Below, one piece after another: positions 36,734 through 50,500 of a DNA stretch of 64,000 nucleotides. Source of the DNA: Bugula neritina (lineage: Eukaryota; Animalia; Bryozoa); the NCBI GenBank assembly GCA_964035545.1, contig OZ037765.1:15872995-15936994 (forward strand), written 5' to 3'. Under the pieces are notes generated by a model. That model was not told where the DNA came from, did not search any database, and worked only from the letters and a program-made list of their open reading frames with translations. Within the stretch, counting starts at the first letter, position 1. Each line of letters opens with the position of its first letter. The translations under genes and the position numbers were made by a program.

Positions 36734-38515
36734 AATGATCGAAATTCAAAAGTTATTACGTTACGTTAAACGCTATGCATGACACAAAGAATAGAGAGTA
36801 GAAATTATTGAAACTGAGGGAGATAATCTTGTTTTATATATTACACAAATCAAAAATTATACTGATTTCTTTGCATAAAAAATAAATTAGAGTTGAAAAA
36901 ACAGATATATTGGAATATAAAAACAGCATGGATTAGTGAAACGTACGTGAGAGTTGAGTAGTGTAGAGCTTATTGGTATAGTTTTAGTTGTATGGAGTAA
37001 TTTTGTTTATTAAGTTGCGGTTTTATTTGTTTAATGTAGAGAGCTTCGGGTACTTCTCGATGGTGGATTCCTTTAAACGACTGATTTAGAACTATTACAT
37101 TGTCTATTGATATGTTTCCGTGGTTGGTGGCGGAGATATTGTAGCGATTTTATATAGTAATAGTATCGAAAGGACAACTCCTAGCTTTCCTTTCCTGTAG
37201 TTTCGCAGCGGATTAATTATAGCAGTCACACCAGCCAATCAGCCAAGTAGGAGGAGCGAATAACTTGTGCTAGTAGTTAGCGTTGGGAATTGTTATTGTA
37301 AAGTTGTGTATATTTCTCTCCTTGATTATGTAATTTGTTTTGGATATTGTACAGTTTTATTTTAGTGTGCTTAATAAGTAGAATAAAGTGTTAGTAATCG
37401 TAAACCTGGCGTGATAGCTTTGCCTAAATAGACCTGATAATAAACAGTGAAGCCTAAATTCACAAGAATATTTAGGTGTACTGCTATTGTTATTGTAGCT
37501 CAACCACAATATTGATAACACATAATAATGTTTCCAATATTTCAACATTATTCCATAATTTCAACACTCACATTAAAGATTTTTCTACCAAATGACGTTT
37601 GGGTGCAGCTTGGTCACAATATTATTCTACTGGTCTAGACACATTGCTTAGTTATAAATACAAGAAAATTACAGTAGTGTAATCTAGAATCACATCTCTT
37701 ATTAGAAAATATCGTTCAAAATCTCTAGCACACTGCAGTCTGTGATAACCTTTGAAACCATAGCTTCCATCCCATGCCACTTATACCATCATATCTTGAT
37801 TGTTATACTATAGTTTTACAAATTATACCAGTTTTACTATGTTATGTCACTAGGTAACATCTACTCTGTGTAATAATATAATGCATTCTTTATGATTCAA
37901 CAGATGCTACTAAAAGAAATGCATTAGTATTGTTGTATTTCATTTATAATTCAACATGAAAACAGCAAGTGATAGTCATAGCCATTTAGTTCATACCAAA
38001 ATATGGTTGAACAAATATAAATTTCTCTACTCTGTTGTATAATTTAGATTGTTCAGCACAACTAGTAGTCTCAACATAAATAACTAAATTAAAAATTTTA
38101 TATATCAATAGTGTAAAACTAGCATTATTAAACTATGACTGAAATAATTGAAAGACTAATCATAATATTGTCTCTAATAATAAAATGTACATTTGTGCAA
38201 CTATACAATATGTTTTTACTATACAGAAAAAGAAATCTGAAGAGTTCTTGATCAAAACCATTCAGCAAAAATATGGTGTGATGTCATTGTACAGAAGCAC
38301 AACTCCTGGAACTATCAGATGTTCCTTGACTGATAACATAAGTATGGCAGCAATCGTACAGACACAAAAACTCAGTCATACTTTACCAGAAGATGAATGA
38401 ATATTCACATATGCTATGGCTTTTTTAAAGTTAAGACTGATATTAGGTATCTGTTTTACGCTCTGAGAATATCAAATATATTCCAATGTTTTATACTTAA
38501 TACACCTACAGCTAT

Positions 38516-41500
38516 TCATTTATATTGTCTTGGATTAGTCCTACTACGATTTCCGTAATACACATTGTGAGCTGTCCTGGCAAACCTCGACTCTTGAGCA
38601 TATCTCTCTCTGAGCTCATTACATTGGCTTTCATTTTCATACAAGTTTCCCATCACGGTACTACAAAGACAATATTACTTTCCATTGGGCAATTTAATTT
38701 TGTAACAAATATAAAAAATTAGCCGTAAAATAGATATGTAGATATAAAGCTGCTTATGAGAAGCCAACACTGTTTTATACTGATTTTTTACCAATATGCC
38801 GAAATCTTTAGCAAAATAACTGACGGAATAAAACTGACTTATATAATTGTTCTGAACAATCTTTTTGAAATGACAATATTATTAAACGAATATACAAGCA
38901 TGTAAATTATAAATCGTTAGTGGAATGACTTACTTCTGTTTGCTGTATAGAGCTGTACCCATCCTCCCTGTACCACCAGAATATGTGGGCTAAAACAGTT
39001 CAACAAAGCATGAAATATCCTGCTTCATTATTTATAAACTAAAACTAGAATATTGAAATAAAGTAGGAGTATCAAAATCTACATGAATATACATACACTA
39101 AACAAGCTAAAACACAATTAAAGCAACGTGACAGCAATATTTATTATGCTCAATTCATCACAAGAGTGCAGACGATAGTGAGCTTTTAGATGTTACCAAT
39201 TTTTGTTTCAAATTTTGTTGTTAGATTTACCGTTTCAAATTGTTAATGCTTACCTCTCCACTGAATGCTTGGAAGTAATTTCTTTTTGCTGGTGGAATTT
39301 CTATCGGAATGTCTGAGGAGCTCTCAGGCGACAAAAACTTAGATTGACCATACTGCTCATCTCTGGCACCAGTGTAAGGATATGAATTCAAGGGAACAAC
39401 ATTACCTAATCTATTTTTAATTTTGGGCTTGTCAACTTTCCGACCTAGTCTTTCATAAACTTTGAGTTTTTTAGGTGGCTTAGTTAAAGAATCTACAGCT
39501 TGTTGAAATGTCAAATGTCCTTCACTGACTTCTGTTGCTAAATTTAACACAGCTGGTGTAATTATCAAGGGGTCACCATTTTCATGATTTTTCAAAGTTG
39601 GCAAGACTTCACTAGAACATTCAACAGTTTCTGAATTATTAGCACCGGCTGCTTTTGGTGCACCTTCATATAAACATTTTCTTCTACCACCAACATTTAT
39701 TTCTTTATGAGGTCTTGGCTGTACTATATTGGTATGGGCATCAATTAAAACAGAGCTATGGCCAGATGCATCTGCATGAGATAATGTGGGCTTTTCGAGG
39801 GCTTCATTAACTTGAGCATTTTCTTTTTTCAATGTACTATTTGAAAAACTCATACCAAATTGCTGATGATTCTTGGGTGAAGGAGTGTTTAAGGGTAACT
39901 CATTTCTACATGACTGCTGACCATTTGTAGATTTCAAGTTATCAGTTGATGTGGTGCAACTTTGCCAGGTAAATTCATCTAAAGTGCTCCTTTCTTCAAC
40001 TTTTGAACACTCCCGAAAATGCATGCATTTACCCGTTTTATCTTTTGCTTTTGGTTCGAGATTTTGATCATTTAAGATGCTTGCTGCATCCAACTTCGCA
40101 CTTTCATCATGATTTTTTAAATCATTTAATTTCTGTATTTCAAGTTTGGTGGCCTGGCATTCTTTCTGTGGGGACAAACTGTCATTGGGAAGTGACCCGT
40201 CAGACACCATTTCACAAGGTTCAATCTTAGAGTTATCACTCCCAACTGCTTCTTTTTGCAAAGTTTTAGCTGAAAATGATGAGCTTATTTTTTCAATTGC
40301 AGTTTTACTTTCACCGCATAAAGTAGAATTATGCCCACTAGTTATGCCGAAAGGTTTTGAAGTTCTAGCTGACTTTATTTTACGAACAATTTCTTTTACA
40401 TTTGGACATCTACTTCTTTTTCCAGCATTAACCTGTTGCATACTTTCAGCATTAGATGCTGCATTGTCATTTGTGTCAATCTTGGTCATTGTACACCTTA
40501 GTCCATGAAAATTTCCATGCCCAGAAATATCTGCAAGCATTTCCTTATTTTCAGATCCAAAATTTTGGCTTGGCACAAAATCATGTGAGAATACATTAGC
40601 TTTGGGTATGGAACTAGTCACACCAATTGACTCACCATCCAGAAACTTGGGAACACTGTTAATATTGCCTTCAGAAAATTTGTTGCTGCTTTTAGTTGAG
40701 CATTCATCTACAGATGGCAGGCTTTTCTGTTGAAAAATGTCTTTTTCCTCAATATGACAGCTGTTGGTATTTCTCTCTGTTAAGTCATGGAGTCTCAAAT
40801 CACCCTGGGGCTTATTGAGAATGATATTACCGTGGCACTCACCAGTATTTTCATGTTTTGAAACATACTTAGTAACGCTTAGATGTTGAGCATCATTCTC
40901 AATAGTTTCTAGGCAATCTATATTTTCAACAAGTGTTTTTGGTTCATTCTCACTGTTTGTTATGAGACAAGACAGGCTTTCATCAACTATTTCTGACTCA
41001 GACTTACATATGTCTGGTGCACCATCGCATCCTGCATTTGTCACACAGCTCAATTTATTACCAAATTTAGTAGAGGGTTCAGTAACACTTTTGCATTCAG
41101 CACTATCTGTAAAACTGTTAGCTTTATTCACAACTATTGATGGTTCCGGATTTTTATTTTCAATATCATCTGAGGTATTTATAGTTGACTTGCTGACGGA
41201 GATTTGGTGAACATTGCTGCTCGTAGTCTTTGCTAAGCAACATTTTGTGCTGTCAGCTTCTAATGAATGTTGACTGAAATTTAAAAGCTGAACACTTTTC
41301 TCTTCAACATCACTGAAGCTATTAGTGATTTGATTGTTATCTGATGGCCTGCAAACATTGCTGAGTTGAACATTACCCTCGATCCTATCCAAATTCGATT
41401 TTACGGTGTCACTCATTACTGAAGGTTTTTTAACACTGCAAGTATTTTGATCAGTTGTTTCCTTGGCGTCTTCAGGTAAAAGATTGTAGTCAGTGGTGCT

Positions 41501-44500
41501 GACACTTCCGATGCTTGGCGGAGGCTGAATGACGTTAGCTTGTTGAGGATCAAAATTCTCAGTAGTTCCTAAGTAAAGTCCTGAACTACTCTGCTGCCCA
41601 TGTGCCATCCATGACTTCTCTGACTCTTCATGCTGAGTTGAGTTATTTGTACCACAGTGGTTTGAGATCGATTCTAAGTTATTTTCCAGCAGTTCCCGTG
41701 AGCCGGCATGTGTGGTGACATTGGTAGAGGCCAACTTATTATGTCCATTCTGAGATGCCATTGTGTTGAGTTGAGAAGAGTTTATATTGAATGGCTTGTT
41801 ATTGCATACTGCTTGTACTTTTACTCTAAATTTTGAAGCATTTAGATCAGCACCAATTTCCTCACTTGGGTCTATTGAAAAATAAAAACATGGAGAACAA
41901 GCTATAGAAAAATGTTGACTAACCTAATTTTTACGAATAAAAAGTATTAAAATTGAAAAGTGGACTGCAAACATTTATAATGCTTGGCAAGCAGAAGCAA
42001 CTACAAGTACCTAGAAAATTAGAAAGCAGTGGGTTTATAAGTATTTACCAAATATAAAGTTTTTGGCTAAGGAAAAGCTTTTAAAGACTTTATTCAAAGT
42101 TGAAAAAAAGGAGAATCAAACAGAAAAAAGCATTGGCAATTTTCAAAATGTTTAACTACGACTAAATTGGTTAAAGCCATTATATGAAAATAATTTTGAA
42201 TTTAGTTTTCAAGCATACATATTATTTTGCATATATACCATCCAGTTTCATTATGAAAGTAATTAATCCAATATCGTAATGGATATTTTCTCATGGTACA
42301 TGTACACCTGTGATGAAAACACTCTTTTCAGCATTTTTCATGTCACCTAAGTATGCAACTATTATTACAAATCTATTTACTCTACCAAATTGGCTACCCA
42401 AATTAATCCACCATTAGCATAAATCGAAGTAATGGAAATGCAGGTCTTACAGAAGGCATACTAGATTTTCGCTGTGCACATTGATGCAAACTTAGCTTTA
42501 TAATCTATTTAACTTATAATTTTCAATTTCTTGCAATTTTCCATTGATTGAAAATAAAATATGCTAGATTTGCATGAATAGCAACTTGTTAAATCAATAT
42601 TATATTGGCTGCAGGACTATTTAGTTTATTATTTGCTTAGGGCCTGAAGCTGCACGTACGCAGGCCGATTTTTCATGAAAATCAGCCTATAAACTGTTCC
42701 CAGTTTTTTAGGATTTTTAAAGTCGGCCGATTTTTGAAGCGATTTTCAGAATTGAACATATTTTATTTATCAACTGATTTCCTGTTGAACCAGCCAATCA
42801 AAAGGTGGCAGAAAATCATGACAGCAAGCGAAATTAACACCATTGTTGAAATACAACCAAGAAGTAATTAATACGCTGCTATCACTACGAAACATCATAT
42901 ATGAAATACAATTAATTAAAATAACTATCAATAGCAGTAGTAGTAGTAATAACAACGCATTGGTTGTTGTGTAACTTTGAGAAATTTAGTTTCACTTTCA
43001 TGGAAATTCCTTAAATATTGCTCTTTTTTTTATATATAAAATTAGTATTATTCCTAACTTCTACTCATGTATAATATAATTTATAACTTGTAGTTCATAT
43101 GTTGTTGTTTTTGTATTTATGTAACCAGTATTAGTACGAGTATCTCAACTTTACAATTTAAATATTTTCTTAAAGAACAGATTTGAAGTGATCTAGAGTT
43201 TTTATTACCTATATAAACAATAATGCTCGAGTTAAACTTCTAGTTTTAAACTAAATAGCTTAAAAAGTTTGGTAAGTGACGTTAATAGTGTAGCTTAGTA
43301 ATTTATGGATAACTATAGATATTAAATATGGTTATATAAATAGCTACCAAGCCAGCTATTTGCTTTAATTTAATAATAGAATTAGCTATACATTTTTACG
43401 CAACTTTCAAATGCAGCAAGCTGTTAACAAATTATACGCAGCCAGTTTATTTTATTCAGTTTTTATGTATTAGAACATCAGAATAAACATATCATTTTTT
43501 TAAATAGAATACTGGCTGGTTTCTCATTGATTGAGTCCTTTCCCTTCTAGCCATAAAATAATGTATAAGAAGCTGCAGCTGCTAAAGTTTCTTTATTGTT
43601 TCTAGCCATTTCACTAGTGAAAATAACAAGGAATGTTTACTACGCTAATGCACATGCAACTGATCTTGACCTCTGCGCATGAACCTAGAAGAAAGTTATA
43701 TAGACTAAGAGCCATCCGCCAATAAGCCAATAAAACGCAAGCGGGACATAAAAATCGCCTAGAAAAATTGGCCGATTTTGCATGAAATCGACTAGTACAA
43801 AATCGGCTGAAAAAATCGGCCTGTTTACATGCAGCTTTAGAGAACACCTCTGTATTTAAAATATCTTTATGGTGAAAGTTATGTTAACCAAATAGTTATT
43901 ATAAAGGCACAGGGGCCACAATTTCTAGCAACTTACTTGACTATTATCTCTATAGACTATAGACAGGTCCATTTATTTTGACATTTATAAAAGCATTTTG
44001 TTAGGACTGTGACATCTTCAGGCTTAGTTTTTGTTTGGTAGGTATAGCATGGAAAATGTATATATTAAACACCATTAATTTTCAGATAAGATATTAAACT
44101 GCCACTCACTGCCAAAAGATACATAGGCTTCATTTCACCACCAAGTTAATACATTGATCTTCAATATTAAATAGTTTTACTCACTATACAACTGTTGATA
44201 AATTTTCTTAGCAATTACTAAGTGACATGTCCAAGGTTATCATGGCTTATTGTTTTGCAAATAGACTATTTTTTATCCATATGCACATTCGCTTACTAGG
44301 CAAGCAAAACAGCTTTTGCTTTCAAAGTATAAAATTTAGCTAGATATAAGATTCTCTGAGTTACATTTTTCAGAATATTTTGAAGCAAGTATGGAATGGA
44401 ATCACTGGAGCAGGCTTTTTTATGTAATATCAGCAAAAATGTAAACCGAATCAATTAAAAAGCAGCTTTTTTGAGTTTGATTGAAAATTTACTTATAGGC

Positions 44501-47500
44501 ATAGTATTTACACCTGAATTTTAAACAAAGCAAATTTTGCAAGAAATAATTGGGACAAGCCTTCTTGAACCTTAAAGCATAAAAAATATCTTCAACAGAA
44601 TTAGATTGCTAAAAATTAGAACTCAGTTTTAGTGTGAAGAATGGTAAGACTGATAAACTAAATACCCTATAATTGCCTTTTTGAGAATGTCACCATAAGC
44701 TTTAGTGAAAAAGAACTTTTACTTTAAAATGCTAAAATTTAACAGCTATTTTTATCAATCACCAATTTTTTGAAGCATATAAAATCAAACACGGTCTCCA
44801 ACACATCCTAAGCAACACTGCAAAATTTGCTCTGAATCAGCTGCATTCTCTTTGATATATTTTAATGCATCATGCATTAAAATAAAACTAGAATTGAGTC
44901 TTAATAGGAAATTCAACATAATTATGTAGCACTTTAAACAAAGTGAGTGAATTACCAGCATTAGGTTTTTTGTAGATAAATCATCAGAAAAAATGATAAT
45001 GACATAATGAATTATACTTTTGCAGTATACAACATGTACTAGAGTCTAGACATACATGAAGTGAGAAAGTAAACATAGACCAACCTAGATTAATGATCTG
45101 AGATACAGCTCTTTTCTGTCCTGCTAACATGTAGAAAAACAACCTACATCTCCTGCCAAATAATCTACTAGACTGTTTATCCAATATATTGTGGGTAACC
45201 TGGTAACTATCATTAATCTAAATTTTGAAACTACTACTAGCAATCGACCTACTTGGTGAACTAAGCTAATGTCAAATCCACAAATTCAATCTTTATCAAC
45301 AGCACTTACAAGTTATAACAACTTAAAAATAACCATTTTTAATAAATAATAGTAAATTTGTTTTTCGTAGACATTTTATTTCATAGTAAATTTCAAGTGC
45401 AGAAACAAAAAACTAAAATGACTAAGCCAATTCTAGAGTTATTCAGAAGTTCTAAATTCTACATGCTAACAAATTAGATTGTTATGCAGCAAGTGTGCAC
45501 ACACATACTTAACTATCAACAGAAACTGACCACTAGTCAGTTCAATTCCATCAAAAAGTTAATGGGAAACTAGAAATGATTCTGTTTTTAGCTGCACTCT
45601 GAGCAACAGAATTTGCCAACCCAACAAAATTTCAGCTTGAAAACAGACAAAGGGGGAAAATTACCATCAAACAATGCTTTATAAAATTAAAGCCTATAGT
45701 TAGTAGCTAGTAGTAACCGAGTAATTTTTAAATTCAATAAACTTTAAAAACTTAGGGCAAATAAAGCCAGGCTAGCTTATTTATTGTTACCTGCCAATAT
45801 TTCATTATATTTATCAACTAGCTGATGGGAAATATGGTTATACAGTGGTTGGCAGGGCGTCAGATCGACAATATGTTCAGCCTGTGTCTGACAGTCACTA
45901 ATTTTATCAGTCAAGGCTAGTCGAGTTAGTGTAATGGCGTCTATATCTTTGTCACAGATTTGTTCCTTTCTGTTCCTAAAAATAAATATTGGATAAAGGT
46001 AAATAAGTGGATTATTATTGTTACATTAAAGTGAAAACAGATGAAAGATAATTCCACAGTAGTGGAGTTTAATTAATCTGAGCGTACACATTATCAAAGG
46101 ACATTGAAACAATATGGGAGAAAAGTGTTGGCACTGAAAATTTCCTGATTGAACTAATGACTAGAACAACCCCACGCCATAAAATGTAAGAAAAAACCTG
46201 GGAGAATTATTAGGGGAAACTTTTATAATTCAATGGAAGCATGAGAAAAGTCAAAGAGCTAATATGTGCTTATGCAAAATTCAAATACCATGACTAATTT
46301 GGTAGATGAGGAGAGAAATTCTTAAACTATATATGCAATTTCAGCATGTAGTTTTTCAACAAATTAACAGAAAATTGGCTTAGAAAATTCAACGATATCT
46401 TTCATAAAGCTACTCATACAACATTGCTTTTGATGCAATAATGTTCCAAAATGCTTTGACTAGAATTCAAATTAAAGGACAGCAATTTATCAGCTAGATA
46501 GTAACTTACAAATATGTTCTAAGTTTTCAAGGTATTAAGAAATTTTTGATATAAGTTGAATTAGTAATTGTTATGCTATGTGACCAGCAAAAAGCAGGAC
46601 GTGACATTGAAGGTATGCGCGAGCAGCTCCAAAAACCGATTTCACAGTCGAGTTTCGACTGTAGTCTGTCAACCCCATTAATCTTGCTCTAATGTTAAAC
46701 TTAATGACAAACTCCAATTTACATTACATTTAATTACTTGATAAGTAGAAATGTAGCTATTGAACACATGTCATAAAGACAATGAATTACCATTAATTAT
46801 TATCCTTGTTACAATAAAACTACATAATCAATACTACTACTAATCACCGGCTTTCCATGGATCGATCTCAGCGAGATGGATCCATGGAATGGTGTCAAAG
46901 ATCTCAGCTGGTCGGTTTGTAGAGATCGAACTCAGATCAATCTCAAGGCAATAAGACCATGGAAAGACGCAAGATCGATCTGAGAAGTAGAAAAAGACTG
47001 CTAGCTACAAGGTTGTCTGCTAATAAAAATGATAACTTATTGTTAATCACTAAGCAAAGTACTTAATCATTTTTATTGCCATTTTTTCAGATGGCAAAAC
47101 TTTGACTTTCAGTACAATTATTAAGAAAATTCAGTTATATAAAATTATAGGTGGTAAAAAGTACAAAGAATGGGAACATTTAAATTGAATTTAAATGACT
47201 AGTAAGACTTACTTTCATTAGTTATTTGCTTCGTAATTTCAAGCCTAACAATTTTGTAAGTTTGTGAATGATCTGGAAGAAAGCTACTAATTTTATTTAA
47301 GCTGTTAAGCTAAAAAATTAAGAGCAATTATCTTAAATTGGCTATACTACTTTACACTAAAAGCCCTCTTGCGCATAGTTTACAAGCGCCATTAATTTTT
47401 AGACAGCAACAATCTCTGTTTTTAACCTCGGCAGCTTTAATCATTCAGATTTGTGAACAAATTATACTATTAAAATACGCATCACTTATGAGGAGGCAAC

Positions 47501-50500
47501 TCGGCGAGATTTATCTGACACTTCCCATGGAAAACCGATCTATCTGAGCACATTTCTCAGATCGATCTCAGATCAATCTCACTGAGATCTATCCATGGAA
47601 AGCCGGTGATTGTAGTAGCATAGTTTTAGCTACAGTAAAAGTTGCTTTGCATAACTACAAGTCAATGTTGAACCTAACCACAAGCCTGAGTAATATAAAA
47701 TTCAGACTAACTTAGACCCAAAGCCCTTGCTCATTCCATAAATTTAATCAATAAAATAGATGATGCCTACTTGGGAGATCAAATGCAATAAATGGAAATG
47801 AAAATTAGAAGTAGTTCCTAGCTGAAATAACTCTAAGCATAGGTTACAGGTTTCAAGTCTCGCTATCAGTTTTTTGAAGTTATAATAACTAAATAACTAT
47901 AAGCTAGCTCCAAGTTAAATTACAGTTAATGGCATTGAAACATTATAAAAATATTATTTCTTAAAACAATTTAATAATCAAACAATACTACAACTAGCAC
48001 CACTACTTCTATTGGTCAACACCACTACCAGTGACTATCACTATGGTTATGTAATACTAATAATTTTGGTAATTAAATTTAATATAATAATTATTATCAC
48101 TAGTAGGGAAACAAGCAAATATTTATATTAAGAACCATAAAGTTTCTCCTACAGTAACACCAGCATTGTCAGTGTGTCGATAACGAGTCTGAATATGGGC
48201 AATCCAGATTTAAATTTATGTACAGCAACTCACTAACAGTAACAGTAAGACTAACTGTACTGTAACACTAAAAGCAACTGTAAGTAATAAACTATAAACT
48301 TAAAGTGTAACTAAGAACTAGAGGTAGAAGTACCCAAGTAGAAATTGACTAGAAGCCAATGGCAAACTTGCATTTTTCATTTTTGGCTTTATTCTATTAC
48401 TTTATACTTTAAGTTATAGCCATACTATTAGAATTACTTACTCTTAGAGTTAGTGTAACACTAACATTAACACTAAGTCTAACAGTCAGGTGTCAACAGA
48501 GCTAGAAATTAGAATAACAGTAACACCCAAGTTTAACAGCCAACATAATCATATGAACATAGCTAGAGTAACAGTAAAACTAAGTCGAACACACTCACAG
48601 TGAGTGTCACTGTCAGTGCGACATTAAATTGTAAATATTAAAATAGAAATGCAATTTTGATTAAATTTTATTTTAAAAATAAAAATCTAAGTAAAACCAA
48701 ATTGAAATTTTAATCAAATTCGTAATAGTAATACTAATAGTAATGACATTCTAGACTTTAGGACTAGAGGCTGATCATAACCATAACGGCATAACGGATA
48801 ATAATACTTATAGTTATACTTACGACACAGCTATTTAATTTATTGTGATCAAGATGGAGACTAAGCATAACCTAAACTATTACTATTAATATTAACTATT
48901 AGTATTAGTATTATTACTAGTATGAGACTATGAGTACTAACTATAAACTCACAATTTGAGTTAGTTGCTACTGATGATGAAATTAGGCTGTTGGTTTGAA
49001 TCACTCTGTAAGCAGCCCGGGGTTGGGTTGACAGAGTACAATAGTTTGGGATTCTAGAGATTAAAGTTGGGGGTGAAAGTTGGAACTTGTAGCTCCACAC
49101 TCAAGAACTCAAAACTATTCACACGCAACTCGGAGCTGTTTATAGAATGATTCGCAGGTTTTCAGCTAGTGTGAAATATTTGGTGTAACTCGCTCTTAGC
49201 GAGAGAGTGGGGAAAAACCACATTCCGCTATATTTCGCAAGTAAAGTATAATTTCGATAACTCCCAAGGCTACTAAATGGGGTTAGGCAGGGTGCCAACA
49301 TGCAAAAATAGGTGGGTGGAGCACATCAATACTAACCTTTGTTACTATATATCACTGCGAAGCCAACATTCTACTGATTTCAAATCTTCGGGTAACTTTT
49401 TTGTATCTGGCAGGGGGGTGTCTTACTTGAAAGAGGTGGATAACGGATAAACAGGGGGTGGCCAATTTTCAAAAGGGTATCATGGAAATTTAAATATGCA
49501 ATTATTTGAGTAATTTGATTTTAATATTCAAAATATTTTCTGAAGATGTTGTACACTTATAAAAGCATCTCTCAAAATATTGTGACTAAAAATTGATAGG
49601 TGGGCAGAGCCTATGGCACGATGTATTGATTTTTCGGATATACCTGATATTCTCTAAACAGCCACTTTTTTGTTGTAGCATCTAGAATGGTAACTTTTTT
49701 GCATGTAGACACTCTATAGTGTCCTTATAAAGCACACAAATTTCTACTTCATTCTGAACAACATAACTTTTTCACAGCTCTGAAAATAAAAATATCAAAA
49801 TTAGAGTTATCTCCCCTGTTTTAAAAATTAGATTCTTTTACCCATATATAAAGACATTTTATTAATTGGGTTGCCATCATTCTAGTATAAATTGAAGTTT
49901 AACCTGTTTTTATTAGATGATGGTTCATTTCCAGTAAATAGTTGAGAGAAAAGACTGCTTAAAATACACAAGTGTGAAATTTTTCACAATAGAGTATCTA
50001 CATGCAAAAAATTACCATTCTAAATGCTACAACAAAAAAGTAGTTGCTTAGAAAATATCAGGTACATCCGAAAAAGCAATACATTATGCCATAGGCTCCG
50101 CCCACCTATCAATTTTTATTCACACTGCTTTTGAGAGGTAGTTCCATACATACAGAACATTTCTAGAAAACATTTTGATAATTAAACTTGAATTAGGTAC
50201 TCAAGTAATTCACATGTAAAATTTCATGATGCCCCCTTGAAAATTGGCCAACCCCTGTATATCCACCCTTTTTAATCGAAAACCCACCCCCCATCTCCAG
50301 ATACAAAAAAGTTACTTGCAGATTTGAAATCAGTGGAATGTTGGCTTCACAGTGATATATAACAACAAAGGTTAGAACAAAAACCAAACATGCGTGCTGA
50401 AACTGATTCAAAGTTAAAAATGACCACGTTTACAATCCAACAGCACATTTCTATTCTATATAGTTTTATGAATAGTTACCCAGTCCTCTGATCAAGAAAT

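Noticed and set aside
36732-37353. Possible solo LTR with CCAAT and TATA-like motifs on the minus strand
   Set aside because: TG...CA ends can be found, but there is no TSD and no second copy in the window.
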